From a virus (Duplodnaviria; Caudoviricetes): a stretch of DNA of 27,542 nt. The notes beneath the pieces were generated by a model that was not told where the DNA came from, did not search any database, and was given only the letters and a program-made list of their open reading frames with translations. The position numbers were made by a program, and so were the translations under genes. Shown here one piece after another: positions 7,597-17,511 of the stretch (positions are counted from its first letter, which is position 1; every line of letters starts with the position of its first letter). The DNA is taken from the IMG/VR virus record IMGVR_UViG_3300017722_001532, positions 1-27,542 of that record; one strand, given 5' to 3'.

Positions 7597-10116
7597 ATGC
7601 ATTTTTACACAAACGTATACGTAAACAAAAACAAAATTCTCATTCGTGGAGTAAAGGACGGCCGTCCGTATAAAAAGGTTGTGTCGTATAGTCCTTATCT
7701 GTTTGTTCCATCAAAGACCGGCAACACGAAGTTTCGTACTGTCTTTGGTAAGCCAGTAGATAAGATGGAATTCGATAGCATCTATGATGCCAAGGATTTT
7801 TCACGTACGTATGAAAACACATCTGGGTTCGAAATCTCTGGCTCTACGAACTTTCTTTACACTTACATTTATGATACGTTTCGAGGCGACATCAAATATG
7901 ATCCGTCTCTCGTTTCGTCTGTATCACTCGATATCGAAACAAAGATTGGCAAGGAAGATATTGCTACAGCGATCGAAACCACGCCAAATGAAATCACTGC
8001 TATCTCCATTTCTCGTAACGGAAAAAAGACTACCTTCGGTCTTAAGCCATTCCAAAATGATCGAGAAGATGTCAAGTACTACCATTGCGCTTCAGAGGTA
8101 GATCTACTTAAATCGTTCATTACGGTCTTGAACAGTGTCGAGTATTCTCCTGACGTATTAACAGGATGGAACATTGAGTTCTTCGACATTCCTTATCTTG
8201 TACGTCGCATCTTGAAGGTGCTCGGTGAAGATCACGTAAAGCAACTCAGCCCGTGGGGAATGATTCGACCTTATGATGTTGAGATTAAAGGCAGGAAGAT
8301 TACGTCTTACGAATTGCAGGGCATATCTATTCTTGACTATCTTGCTCTCTATAAGAAGTTTACTTACACTCAGCAAGAAACATACAAGCTCGATTACATT
8401 GCTCAAGTTGAACTCGATGAAAGTAAGGTAGATTACCAAACATTGGGTTATACAGACCTAAATGATCTCTGGGAACGTAATCACCAGCTCTTTATCGAAT
8501 ATAACATTCAGGATGTTGACATTATCGATAAGCTTGAAGCGAAGATGAAACTAATTGAGTTGGTGTACACTCTTGCTTACATGGCAAAGGTGAACTACAC
8601 TGATACACTTGGTTCGGTGAAGATCTGGGAAGTCTACATCCACAACTTCCTCATGGATCGTAATCTTATTGTCACAAAGACAAAGTCTACTAATCTATCG
8701 ACTGAATTTGCCGGTGGTTATGTGAAAGAAGTCCAGACGGGCATGCATAAGTGGGTGGTGTCATTTGATCTTGACAGTCTTTATCCTCACCTCATCATGC
8801 AATACAACATCTCTCCTGAAATGTTTGTTGAAAGATTACAAGGATTTCACTCGGTCGATAAGCTTCTTCAGCGTAAACTCAATCTTGAGGAAGAAGGTTA
8901 CTCGCTTGATTTTGCTTATGCTGCGAATGGTTGTATTTACACTCGCGATAAGCAAGGCTTCCTTGCTGAAATCATGGAAAATCTTTATGCCGGCCGCTCA
9001 ACATATAAGAAACAGATGATCGAGGTAAAAAAGGAATATGAAAAGACAAAAAATTCTGAACTTCTAAAAGAAATTGCTCAGCTTAATAATCTTCAGATGG
9101 CTCTCAAGATCTTTCTGAACTCCGCATATGGTGCCTTGGGTAATCGATACTTTGCTTGGTTTGATGTAAACCATGCTGAAGCAATCACACTCTCTGGTCA
9201 ATTGTCAATTCGTTGGGTTTCAGACGATGTGAATGACTATCTAAATAAGCTGTGTGGAACAACCAATGTAGATTATATTGTCGCTAATGATACAGATTCT
9301 CTTTACGTTTGTCTCGATACGCTCGTAAGCAAGTTCTTTCAAGATCAGTCTGACAGGGAAAAGATTGTCAACTGGATCGATAAATTCTGCGGGAGTAAAC
9401 TCCAGGACATCATCAATAAAAGCTTTGAAAAGCTTGCGATCTACATGAACGCTTATCAACAAAAGATGAGAATGAAGCGGGAAACGATTGCAGACAAAGC
9501 AATCTGGACTGCAAAGAAGCGTTACGTTATGAATGCATGGGATGTTGAAGGTGTTCGCTTCAAGGAACCTAAGCTTAAGATGACTGGGATCGAAGCGATC
9601 AAATCATCAACTCCATCATCTTGTCGAGATGCAATTAAGGAAGCTCTTAACATCATTATGAACAAAGATGAAAAGTCTCTTCAAACGTACGTAGCAAACT
9701 TCCGTGACAGCTTCAAGCAAATGCCATTCTATGAAATCGCTGCACCTCGCGGTGTGTCAAACGTTGATGAATACGTAGTCAAGAATAGCTCTACTCTATT
9801 CAAGATGGGTACACCTATTAATGCCAAGGGTGCAATTCTTTATAACCACTTGATTAAACGCTTGGGTCTTGAAGATAAATATGAGTTGATTGGTAATGGA
9901 GACAAGATTCGATATTGCTATCTAAGATCTCCTAATCCACATGGCGTCAATGTGATTGCATGTCCTGGCGATATGCCAAAGGAATTCAAACTTGAACGCT
10001 ACTTGAACTACGATCTGCAGTTCGAAAAGTCATTCCTGTCTCCAATGGAAATCATTCTGAATGCTATTGGTTGGAATTATGAACAACGCGCCACTCTTGA
10101 TAGCTTCTTTGATTGA
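7597..10116 (+). CDS. gp43: family B DNA polymerase (T4 gp43-like)
   Basis: Exo DIET, GWNIEFFD, YNIQD; pol FDLDSLYP, KIFLNSAYG, DTDS, KKRY; C-terminal TLDSFF clamp-binding-like tail; uninterrupted. Confidence 0.97.
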   Translation: MHFYTNVYVNKNKILIRGVKDGRPYKKVVSYSPYLFVPSKTGNTKFRTVFGKPVDKMEFDSIYDAKDFSRTYENTSGFEISGSTNFLYTYIYDTFRGDIKYDPSLVSSVSLDIETKIGKEDIATAIETTPNEITAISISRNGKKTTFGLKPFQNDREDVKYYHCASEVDLLKSFITVLNSVEYSPDVLTGWNIEFFDIPYLVRRILKVLGEDHVKQLSPWGMIRPYDVEIKGRKITSYELQGISILDYLALYKKFTYTQQETYKLDYIAQVELDESKVDYQTLGYTDLNDLWERNHQLFIEYNIQDVDIIDKLEAKMKLIELVYTLAYMAKVNYTDTLGSVKIWEVYIHNFLMDRNLIVTKTKSTNLSTEFAGGYVKEVQTGMHKWVVSFDLDSLYPHLIMQYNISPEMFVERLQGFHSVDKLLQRKLNLEEEGYSLDFAYAANGCIYTRDKQGFLAEIMENLYAGRSTYKKQMIEVKKEYEKTKNSELLKEIAQLNNLQMALKIFLNSAYGALGNRYFAWFDVNHAEAITLSGQLSIRWVSDDVNDYLNKLCGTTNVDYIVANDTDSLYVCLDTLVSKFFQDQSDREKIVNWIDKFCGSKLQDIINKSFEKLAIYMNAYQQKMRMKRETIADKAIWTAKKRYVMNAWDVEGVRFKEPKLKMTGIEAIKSSTPSSCRDAIKEALNIIMNKDEKSLQTYVANFRDSFKQMPFYEIAAPRGVSNVDEYVVKNSSTLFKMGTPINAKGAILYNHLIKRLGLEDKYELIGNGDKIRYCYLRSPNPHGVNVIACPGDMPKEFKLERYLNYDLQFEKSFLSPMEIILNAIGWNYEQRATLDSFFD

Positions 10117-10124
10117 GGTAACAT

Positions 10125-10361
10125 ATGATTGACTTTAATGATAGCCAAAACGATTTTGGTTTTACTACTACAAATATTAGCAGCTTGCAAAAAACAGAAG
10201 TTGATCAATATCGAGATCGACTACAAAAGATGTATGCAATCATTACACCTCTTATTAAAAACCTAATGAAAAATGGCGACACTAATCCTATCATCAATTG
10301 GCCGAATAGAACTGAACGGCTTCAAAAATTTCTTAATGAATTAGACGATTTAATGAAGTAA
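10125..10361 (+). CDS. hypothetical protein between gp43 and uvsX
   Basis: SD GAGG; DFGF and INWPNR segments. Confidence 0.75.
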   Translation: MIDFNDSQNDFGFTTTNISSLQKTEVDQYRDRLQKMYAIITPLIKNLMKNGDTNPIINWPNRTERLQKFLNELDDLMK

Positions 10362-10365
10362 GCTG

Positions 10366-10394
10366 TTTACATAATTACTTGAATGGATTATAGT
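10366..10394 (+). promoter_or_regulatory. early/middle promoter for uvsX-gp41
   Basis: (G)TTTACA-TAATT..(17 nt)-TATAGT. Confidence 0.8.
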
Positions 10395-10430
10395 GTCTAT
10401 TATCCAATGATCTATACGAAAGGAATACAC

Positions 10431-11504
10431 ATGAGTTTAATGCAACGTTTGATTAAGAATAGTACGATTAAAGAAACCGACATCCTTGCAGATTCGAAGT
10501 TCTTTCATAAAAAGGATATGATTACGACTATGATTCCGGCTATTAACTTAGCTTTGTCGGGATCTATCTCTGGTGGACTTACTCCTGGCCTGCTTGTTCT
10601 GGCCGGCCCATCGAAGCACTTTAAGACATCGTTTAGTTTGATCATGGCAAAGGCATACCTTGACAAGTATCCTGAGTCTGTGCTTCTTTTTTATGACTCA
10701 GAATTTGGTACGCCACAAAGTTACTTCAAGTCAGCTGGCATTCCACTCGATCGTGTTGTTCATACTCCAATCACTGACTTAGAGCAGTTTAAGTTTGATC
10801 TTATGTCTCAGATGGGTGAGCTGCAACGAGCAGATAAGATTGTTATCGTAGTTGATTCGATTGGCAACCTAGCTTCGAAGAAAGAAGTTGAAGATGCACT
10901 GAAGCAAAACTCTGCAGCAGATATGACTCGAGCAAAGCAGATGAAGTCTGTATTCCGTATGGTTACACCACACCTTACAATGAAGGACATTCCAATGATC
11001 GTGGTCAACCACGTTTATATGGAACAAGGGATGTTCCCGAAGGCAATCGTAAGTGGTGGTACTGGTGTTATGTACTCTGCGAACACAGTGTTTATCATTG
11101 GTCGTCAACAGGAAAAGGATGGCACTGAAGTCATTGGTTACAACTTTGTAATCAACGTTGAAAAGTCACGCTTTGTCAAGGAAAAGAGCAAGATCCCGAT
11201 TGAAGTGACTTACGAAGGTGGTGTAAGCCGGTGGGGTGGACTGCTCGACTTAGCACTTGAATCGAGTCATGTGATCAAGCCAAAGAACGGATGGTATCAA
11301 AAAATTAATACTGAAACTGGCGAATATGGAGAGAAATCTTATCGCCTGAAAGATACATATACATCGGACTTCTGGTTGCCACTATTGAAGTGCCCGAAGT
11401 TCAATACGTTTGTTGAAAACAAGTATCGTCTTCCAGAAAGCGCTTTGATGCAAAAGGAAGATAGCGTTGATCAACTCATGGATTCTGTCGAAGACGACGA
11501 ATAA
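10431..11504 (+). CDS. uvsX: UvsX RecA-like recombinase
   Basis: GPSKHFKT Walker A, FYDSEFG, DSIGNLAS, ADMTRAK; start set at ATG 10431 after SD AAGGA. Confidence 0.96.
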   Translation: MSLMQRLIKNSTIKETDILADSKFFHKKDMITTMIPAINLALSGSISGGLTPGLLVLAGPSKHFKTSFSLIMAKAYLDKYPESVLLFYDSEFGTPQSYFKSAGIPLDRVVHTPITDLEQFKFDLMSQMGELQRADKIVIVVDSIGNLASKKEVEDALKQNSAADMTRAKQMKSVFRMVTPHLTMKDIPMIVVNHVYMEQGMFPKAIVSGGTGVMYSANTVFIIGRQQEKDGTEVIGYNFVINVEKSRFVKEKSKIPIEVTYEGGVSRWGGLLDLALESSHVIKPKNGWYQKINTETGEYGEKSYRLKDTYTSDFWLPLLKCPKFNTFVENKYRLPESALMQKEDSVDQLMDSVEDDE

Positions 11505-11513
11505 GGAATAATT

Positions 11514-12890
11514 ATGCGTTTGGAAAATCTAATCTTTTCGAATCTTATTTCGAATGAAGATTATACTCGGAAGACTCTGCCTTACATCAAGGCAGAGTAC
11601 TTCAATGATATAAATGACAAAGTGCTCTTTACTGTAATTGAAAAGTTTGTAGATAAGTTTAATGAACTTCCAACAAAGGAAGTGCTAAAGGTTGAACTCT
11701 CAAATGTAAAGGGATTAAACGAAGATCAATTTAAAGAAACGTACGAGCTAGTTGAATCGCTTCAAACAGACAACATTCGTTCTGAAGAATGGATGCTTAC
11801 TGAAACTGAAAAGTTCTGTCAAGATAAGGCGATATATAATGCCATCATGACGTCCATCAGGATCATGGACAAGAAGGAAAAGGATCTTGACAAGGGATCG
11901 ATACCAGAACTTCTGACTCAAGCCCTCGGTGTGTCTTTTGACAATAGCATCGGTGTTGAATTCCTTCAGGATATCGAAGATCGATACAAATATTATCACA
12001 CTAAGCAACAAAAGATTCCATTCGCTCTTACGTTCTTCAATAAGATTACGAAGGGTGGCTTTGGTCGTAAGACGATTAACATCTTCCTTGCCGGCACTGG
12101 CGTTGGTAAAAGTTTGACCATGTGTAGCATGGCAGCTGACAACCTTATGATGGGTCAGAACGTACTCTACATTACGATGGAAATGGCAGAGTTTGAAATT
12201 GCTCGTCGTATCGATGCTAACTTGCTTGATGTTACGATCCAAGAGCTCGATGATATGTTTAAAGACGCTTACGTTTCAAAGATGGAACGACTGAAGGGAA
12301 AGACAAAGGGTAAGCTTATTATCAAAGAGTATCCTACTTCTTCGGCTGGCTCTGGCAACTTTAGACACTTGTTCAATGAACTTCGTCTAAAGAAGAACTT
12401 TGCTCCGGATATAGTCTATATTGACTACCTGAACATTTGTGCTTCAAGCCGTATTAAGAATGGATCTAATGTCAACTCTTATTCTTACATTAAAGCCATC
12501 GTTGAAGAATTACGTGGCCTTGCAGTCGAGTTTAACGTAGCTCTCGTTACCGCGACTCAAACTACTCGTGGTGGTTACGGCGACTCTGATGTTGATATCA
12601 CTGATGTTTCTGAAAGCTTTGGTGTGGCTCACACAGCAGACTTTATGTGTGCATTGATCACGTCTGAAGAACTCGAAGGCCTTGGCCAATTGCTGGTTAA
12701 GCAACTCAAGAATCGCTACAATGATTTGAATTATCTACGTCGATTTGTTCTTGGTGTTGAACGAGCGAAGATGAAGTTGTTTGACCTTGAGGAAAGTGCT
12801 CAAAATGATATACAAGATGATAAGCCAGTGTTTGACAAAACACCGTCTGGTGATAAGTTCGATAAAGAAAAATTTAAAGGATTCCGATAA
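11514..12890 (+). CDS. gp41: replicative DnaB-like helicase (T4 gp41-like)
   Basis: AGTGVGKS, YITMEMAE, IKEYPT, IDYLNI, TATQT, SESFG, KQLKNRY. Confidence 0.96.
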   Translation: MRLENLIFSNLISNEDYTRKTLPYIKAEYFNDINDKVLFTVIEKFVDKFNELPTKEVLKVELSNVKGLNEDQFKETYELVESLQTDNIRSEEWMLTETEKFCQDKAIYNAIMTSIRIMDKKEKDLDKGSIPELLTQALGVSFDNSIGVEFLQDIEDRYKYYHTKQQKIPFALTFFNKITKGGFGRKTINIFLAGTGVGKSLTMCSMAADNLMMGQNVLYITMEMAEFEIARRIDANLLDVTIQELDDMFKDAYVSKMERLKGKTKGKLIIKEYPTSSAGSGNFRHLFNELRLKKNFAPDIVYIDYLNICASSRIKNGSNVNSYSYIKAIVEELRGLAVEFNVALVTATQTTRGGYGDSDVDITDVSESFGVAHTADFMCALITSEELEGLGQLLVKQLKNRYNDLNYLRRFVLGVERAKMKLFDLEESAQNDIQDDKPVFDKTPSGDKFDKEKFKGFR

Positions 12891-13072
12891 TGATGTATAA
12901 GCTAGAAAGAGACGAAGAACTTGGTGTGGTAAGGATCGTTGAAACTCCAACGAATCAAGTGATTGATGTGTTTATCATCGAATCTGAAATGGATAAAGCT
13001 TTATCCATGTTAAAGAATCTCAACATGGGTGGAGCGTTTGATGGAAACACGCCAGCATTTTTTCTGAATTGA
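12890..13072 (+). CDS. small hypothetical protein
   Basis: TAATG coupling to gp41; ends in LNMGGAFDGNTPAFF. Confidence 0.7.
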   Translation: MMYKLERDEELGVVRIVETPTNQVIDVFIIESEMDKALSMLKNLNMGGAFDGNTPAFFLN

Positions 13073-13075
13073 CGG

Positions 13076-13104
13076 TGTACTTAATTTCTTCTATGGTGTA
13101 TTAT
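13076..13104 (+). promoter_or_regulatory. early/middle promoter
   Basis: TGTACT-TAATT..(17 nt)-TATTAT. Confidence 0.75.
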
Positions 13105-13133
13105 TAAAATTCCACCAACCTCGGAGAATCAAT

Positions 13134-13373
13134 ATGATTATCGAACGACGTTCACTCATCTCTGGTATCATTCGTACTCTTGACATGCCTGTTACAGAAG
13201 AACAAATTAAAGCTTGGGAAAACGGCGCTCTTATCCAGGACGCTATGCCCAATCTTAATACAGCTCACCGTGAATTCCTATTGACTGGAATCACCGATGA
13301 TGAATGGAATGAAACGTTTCCTCCCGAAGAAAATGTTGATGAAAAAGAAAATAACGAATATTTTTCAGATTAA
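13134..13373 (+). CDS. hypothetical phage protein, 79 aa
   Basis: SD GGAGA; LIQDAMPNL...REFLLTGITDDEW pattern. Confidence 0.8.
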   Translation: MIIERRSLISGIIRTLDMPVTEEQIKAWENGALIQDAMPNLNTAHREFLLTGITDDEWNETFPPEENVDEKENNEYFSD

Positions 13374-13391
13374 TATTAACGGAGACATTCA

Positions 13392-13961
13392 GTGAATCTT
13401 TTTGTACTTGACAATAATCCAGTAATAGCAGCTCAACTCCAGTGTAATAAGCATATTCCAAAGATGGCTGTCGAAAGTGCTCAAATGCTTTCGACAGTTC
13501 ATCGTATGCTCGACGGTAGACTTACACGTGCTCCTTCAAAGTCCGGTAAAACTATATCAAAGCATTGGATTCATCCAGATCCTGCGCTTGACAAAGTTCT
13601 TTACAAAGCTGTACATATGCATCATCCTTGCACTGTATGGTCTGCTGAATCCGGTGCTAATTATGATTGGCATTACGAGCATTTTATTGCACTATGTGAT
13701 GAGTATACATATCGATACGGAAAGATTCATGCAACTGATAAGCTTCTTCGCAGTGTGCTTAAGAATCGACCATTCCAAATCAAGGCTGGTTCATTCACTC
13801 CGCAGCCTTTGGCAATGAAAGCTAATCCTGAGTGTATAAATTATCGTGACATTGTTGGTTCGTATCGTAATTTTTATCAAACAAAGCAGCATCGCTTTAA
13901 AATGATTTGGACGAGTCGTCCAGTCCCGGAATGGTTTCAATATAAGGAATCATCCGTATAA
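13392..13961 (+). CDS. pyrimidine-dimer DNA glycosylase/endonuclease V-superfamily protein
   Basis: MNLFVLD..P..AA..CNKH..KM..ESAQMLST, H.HHPCTVW, EYTYRYGKIH; GTG start with SD GGAG. Confidence 0.8.
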   Translation: MNLFVLDNNPVIAAQLQCNKHIPKMAVESAQMLSTVHRMLDGRLTRAPSKSGKTISKHWIHPDPALDKVLYKAVHMHHPCTVWSAESGANYDWHYEHFIALCDEYTYRYGKIHATDKLLRSVLKNRPFQIKAGSFTPQPLAMKANPECINYRDIVGSYRNFYQTKQHRFKMIWTSRPVPEWFQYKESSV

Positions 13962-13971
13962 TGGAGTTATA

Positions 13972-14685
13972 ATGAAAAAGTCACTTATACTTTGCCCATC
14001 GGGTGTATCAGTTCAAACTAAAGATCACTGGCGCTTTAAAACGCCAGGATCTCTATATGATATACACTTAATCAATTACAATGATTATCAACATGACGTA
14101 AACTCATATGATGAAATTACTCATATGAGAGGAATGAAGTGGGCTTTGGCCAAAGCAGTATTATCACAGCTTGATCTTTCACAATACGAGTATGTTGGGT
14201 TTATTGATGATGATCTTATCTTTAGTTCAGATACCTTAAACGAAGCACTTAGGGCCGCCCACGATCTGAATAGCCAAGTCTTTCAAATATCACTTGACCA
14301 AAATTCATCTGGCCATTATCGCATACTATTTGCAAATCCTTATCTTCAATATTCTGTAACTAATTTTGTTGAAATTATGGCTCCATTTGTTCATGTATCC
14401 CGTATTGCTGAGGTGATGGACTTTTGGAATTTATATGATCCATCAACTGGATGGGGTTTTGATTTTGTGCTTTGTGATATATTGAAATGTGAGGCACATG
14501 TTCTTCATGAAGTATCCATGCATCATCCACATCGACAATCAATTTATGATAAAACTGAAGCATATCAAGAGCAGAGTATCTGTCTATCATCTGCTTATCC
14601 AACATATATGCAGGAAAAATATAAAGAACAAAACGTACCAGGTTCTTTTCATGAACCAAAAATCATAAGAAGGGTATTGAAGTGA
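13972..14685 (+). CDS. GT-A-like glycosyltransferase (DUF707-like)
   Basis: GMKW, FIDDDL (DxD), FVEIMAP, GWGFD. Confidence 0.7.
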   Translation: MKKSLILCPSGVSVQTKDHWRFKTPGSLYDIHLINYNDYQHDVNSYDEITHMRGMKWALAKAVLSQLDLSQYEYVGFIDDDLIFSSDTLNEALRAAHDLNSQVFQISLDQNSSGHYRILFANPYLQYSVTNFVEIMAPFVHVSRIAEVMDFWNLYDPSTGWGFDFVLCDILKCEAHVLHEVSMHHPHRQSIYDKTEAYQEQSICLSSAYPTYMQEKYKEQNVPGSFHEPKIIRRVLK

Positions 14686-15605
14686 AATCATTAGTGACTG
14701 GTGGACTTGGTTTTATTGGCGCAAGAATGTGTCAGCGACTTCTTGATGAAGATCATGAAGTTATTGTACTTGATATTGGTTTAGCGGGTACACGAAGAAG
14801 GATTGAGCATCCAAAGATCAAATATGTTTTCAATGATGTTTGCAGGTATAAAGAAACTCGATGGCTTTATGATAACGTTGATTATGTGTTTCATATGGCC
14901 GCAGTATCACGTGTTCCAGCGTGTGAAGAAAATCCTACCATAGCCTTTAATACAAATTATGTAGGCACAGCAACCGTTTTACAATGTGCGCTTGAAGCTG
15001 GTGTAAAGCATGTAGTAAATTCATCAACTTCAGCTGTATACGGTAATGATGGATGGAATGATGGATGGGGAGCAGATGAGTATAATACTAATCCAATTAG
15101 TCACTATGGGCATTCCAAGTATCATGCTGAATTGCTATGTAAGCACTATAATCAACAGCATGAGCTAAGAACCACTTCACTACGATATTTTAATGTTTAT
15201 GGTCCCGGTGAAGATGCTTCTGGCCAATACGCACAAGTCGTAGCAATCTTTATGGACAATTATCGCAAAGATCAACCCTTTAAGATTTTTGGTGATGGAA
15301 CACAAATGAGAGATTTTATTCATGTTGATGATGTTGTTAATGTCAACTTTAAATGTGTCACACATAACTTTTATGGACCAGATCCTTATGGAAAAACGTT
15401 TAATGTTGGAACCGGTCTAGCACATTCAATAATACGTATCGCTAAAGCCATTCAACCTAATGAAACAAATATTGTTTTTGCAAATTATCGACCTGGCGAT
15501 CCACATAAAACATTAGCAAATACAGTTGCGCTTGAAAATACATTTAATATTACACCAAAAGATCGAGTATTTGATTACATTAAGGAACAATTAAATGAGA
15601 TATGA
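14682..15605 (+). CDS. NAD-dependent nucleotide-sugar epimerase/dehydratase (extended SDR)
   Basis: VTGGLGFIG, SSTSAVYG, YGHSK (YxxxK), RYFNVYGP, GDGTQMRDFIHV. Confidence 0.92.
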   Translation: MKSLVTGGLGFIGARMCQRLLDEDHEVIVLDIGLAGTRRRIEHPKIKYVFNDVCRYKETRWLYDNVDYVFHMAAVSRVPACEENPTIAFNTNYVGTATVLQCALEAGVKHVVNSSTSAVYGNDGWNDGWGADEYNTNPISHYGHSKYHAELLCKHYNQQHELRTTSLRYFNVYGPGEDASGQYAQVVAIFMDNYRKDQPFKIFGDGTQMRDFIHVDDVVNVNFKCVTHNFYGPDPYGKTFNVGTGLAHSIIRIAKAIQPNETNIVFANYRPGDPHKTLANTVALENTFNITPKDRVFDYIKEQLNEI

Positions 15606-16692
15606 TTATCTTATAGTAGGATCAGGTCTTTTTGGAAGTACATTTGCCAGACTCGCAGCAGAGTCTGGCAAAACTTGTTTAGTAGTGGAACAACGAGATC
15701 ATTTTGGTGGCAATGTTCATAGTGAAAATATTGAAGGTATTGAAGTTCACACATATGGACCTCATATCTTTCACACAAATGATGAAGACATCTGGCAATG
15801 GGTAAATACGTTTTCAGAATTTGTTCCTTTGGTTTTTTCGCCTAAAGCGCTGTCTGGTGGTAAATTGTATTCGCTTCCATTTAATATGAATACATTTTAT
15901 GAGATGTGGGGAACGTCAACACCACAAGAAGCGTATGCCTATCTCATCTCTACTATCGTACAAAACGATAATCCACAGAATCTTGAAGAACAAGCAATAT
16001 CGCTTGTTGGTACTGAAGTTTATGAAAAGCTAATCAAGCATTATACACTGAAGCAGTGGCAGAAAGATCCTAAGGATCTTCCAGCATCAATTATTAAGCG
16101 GCTTCCTGTGCGAATGACTTACGATAATAATTATTTTAATGATAAGTATCAAGGTATTCCTCGATATGGTTATACGGAATTTATGCAAAACATTCTTGAT
16201 CACGAGAATATTAATGTTACTCTCAATACAAAATTCAATAAGGAAGATTGGGACGATATTGCAGATAAGATTGTTTACACGGGAAAGATAGACGAATACT
16301 TTAATTATTGTTATGGTGAGCTTGAATATCGAACACTTCGATTTGAGACTGAAATACTTGATACGGATAACTACCAAGGTACTGCAGTAATTAATGATTG
16401 CTCATCTGATAATCCATGGACTCGCACAATCGAACATAGACATTTTGATAAATACTGTCGGTCATTAAAGACAGTTATTACTCGAGAGACTCCTGAGATA
16501 TGGAGCCGAAATAAGATTCCATACTATCCTATTAATGATAATCATAATACTCAAATGTTTAAACAATACGAAATTTTAGCACTTAAGGAACAAAATGTAA
16601 TTTTTGGTGGAAGACTCTCTGAATATCGCTATTATGATATGCATCAGGTAATAGGATCCGCCATGGCAAAATGGGAGAAAGAAAATGAGTGA
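15595..16692 (+). CDS. glf: UDP-galactopyranose mutase
   Basis: IVGSGLFG FAD motif, HTYGPHIFHT, YFNDKYQGIP, PYYP, GRLSEYRYYDMHQ. Confidence 0.95.
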   Translation: MRYDYLIVGSGLFGSTFARLAAESGKTCLVVEQRDHFGGNVHSENIEGIEVHTYGPHIFHTNDEDIWQWVNTFSEFVPLVFSPKALSGGKLYSLPFNMNTFYEMWGTSTPQEAYAYLISTIVQNDNPQNLEEQAISLVGTEVYEKLIKHYTLKQWQKDPKDLPASIIKRLPVRMTYDNNYFNDKYQGIPRYGYTEFMQNILDHENINVTLNTKFNKEDWDDIADKIVYTGKIDEYFNYCYGELEYRTLRFETEILDTDNYQGTAVINDCSSDNPWTRTIEHRHFDKYCRSLKTVITRETPEIWSRNKIPYYPINDNHNTQMFKQYEILALKEQNVIFGGRLSEYRYYDMHQVIGSAMAKWEKENE

Positions 16693-17494
16693 ATATAAAG
16701 TATGCGTTGTAATTCCAGCAGGAAGAAAGAGATATATGCAACTCTTAATTTCTCAAATACTTAAACAAAGTGATTCCTGGGATGAACTTCAAATTTGGAA
16801 GAATACGAATGTTCGAGAGGATATTGAATATATTGATTCTCTTCCATCATTACATCCAAATATTCGAGTGGTTGAATCTCCGATTAAACGTCATGGTAAT
16901 TCCTGGGCAGGCAGTACCATTTATCAATTCTTTAGAAACTGTTTAGATCCAAACACAGTTTATATTAGATTTGATGATGATGTTTGTTATATTGATCCAT
17001 TTATCATCAAAAGATTGGCTGAAAGAAGATGGAATGATAAGGAATCATTCCTCGTATCCCCACTTGTAATCAATAATGCGGTCTGTACATGGCTTTTACA
17101 AAGCATCGGTTTATGCTCTGACATGCCAACTATCAGTAGAAATTGTGTCGATGATATCGGTTGGAAGGATCCATTTTTTGCAGAAAGACTTCATCGCTGG
17201 TTCTTGACTGATGGTTATCAGCAGATCAGAAATCTTGATCATGCTTATAAAACAAACGAAAGATACAGCATTAATTGCATTTCTTGGCTCGGTTCTAAAT
17301 TTGCTGAATTTGGTGGAGACGTAGGCATTGATGAAGAAACGTGGCTTAGTCAGGAATACGTACAACAAAATGGATTAATGAATACTATACATACCGATCT
17401 TGCATGTGCGCATTTTGCTTTCTTCCCACAAAGGGATCACATGGATCGAACCGATATTCTTCAGTGTTATGAAAATTTTATAAATAGTCAATAA
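16685..17494 (+). CDS. putative GT-A glycosyltransferase
   Basis: VVIPAGRKRY N-terminal strand, YIRFDDDVCYI (DxD), DEE, HFAFFPQ; coupled to glf. Confidence 0.7.
   Translation: MSEYKVCVVIPAGRKRYMQLLISQILKQSDSWDELQIWKNTNVREDIEYIDSLPSLHPNIRVVESPIKRHGNSWAGSTIYQFFRNCLDPNTVYIRFDDDVCYIDPFIIKRLAERRWNDKESFLVSPLVINNAVCTWLLQSIGLCSDMPTISRNCVDDIGWKDPFFAERLHRWFLTDGYQQIRNLDHAYKTNERYSINCISWLGSKFAEFGGDVGIDEETWLSQEYVQQNGLMNTIHTDLACAHFAFFPQRDHMDRTDILQCYENFINSQ
17479..17486 (+). promoter_or_regulatory. T4-type late promoter (gp55-dependent)
   Basis: Exact TATAAATA, 25 nt upstream of ATG 17512. Confidence 0.85.
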
Positions 17495-17511
17495 ACGATT
17501 GAGGGATGACT

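Noticed and set aside
10383-10430. Longer UvsX start in the ORF track
   Set aside because: It begins inside the promoter (-10 at 10389-10394); ATG 10431 has a proper SD
2327-12890. Introns, inteins or a T4 gene 60-style translational bypass in the replication genes
   Set aside because: All ORFs are continuous, of expected length, with motifs in normal spacing
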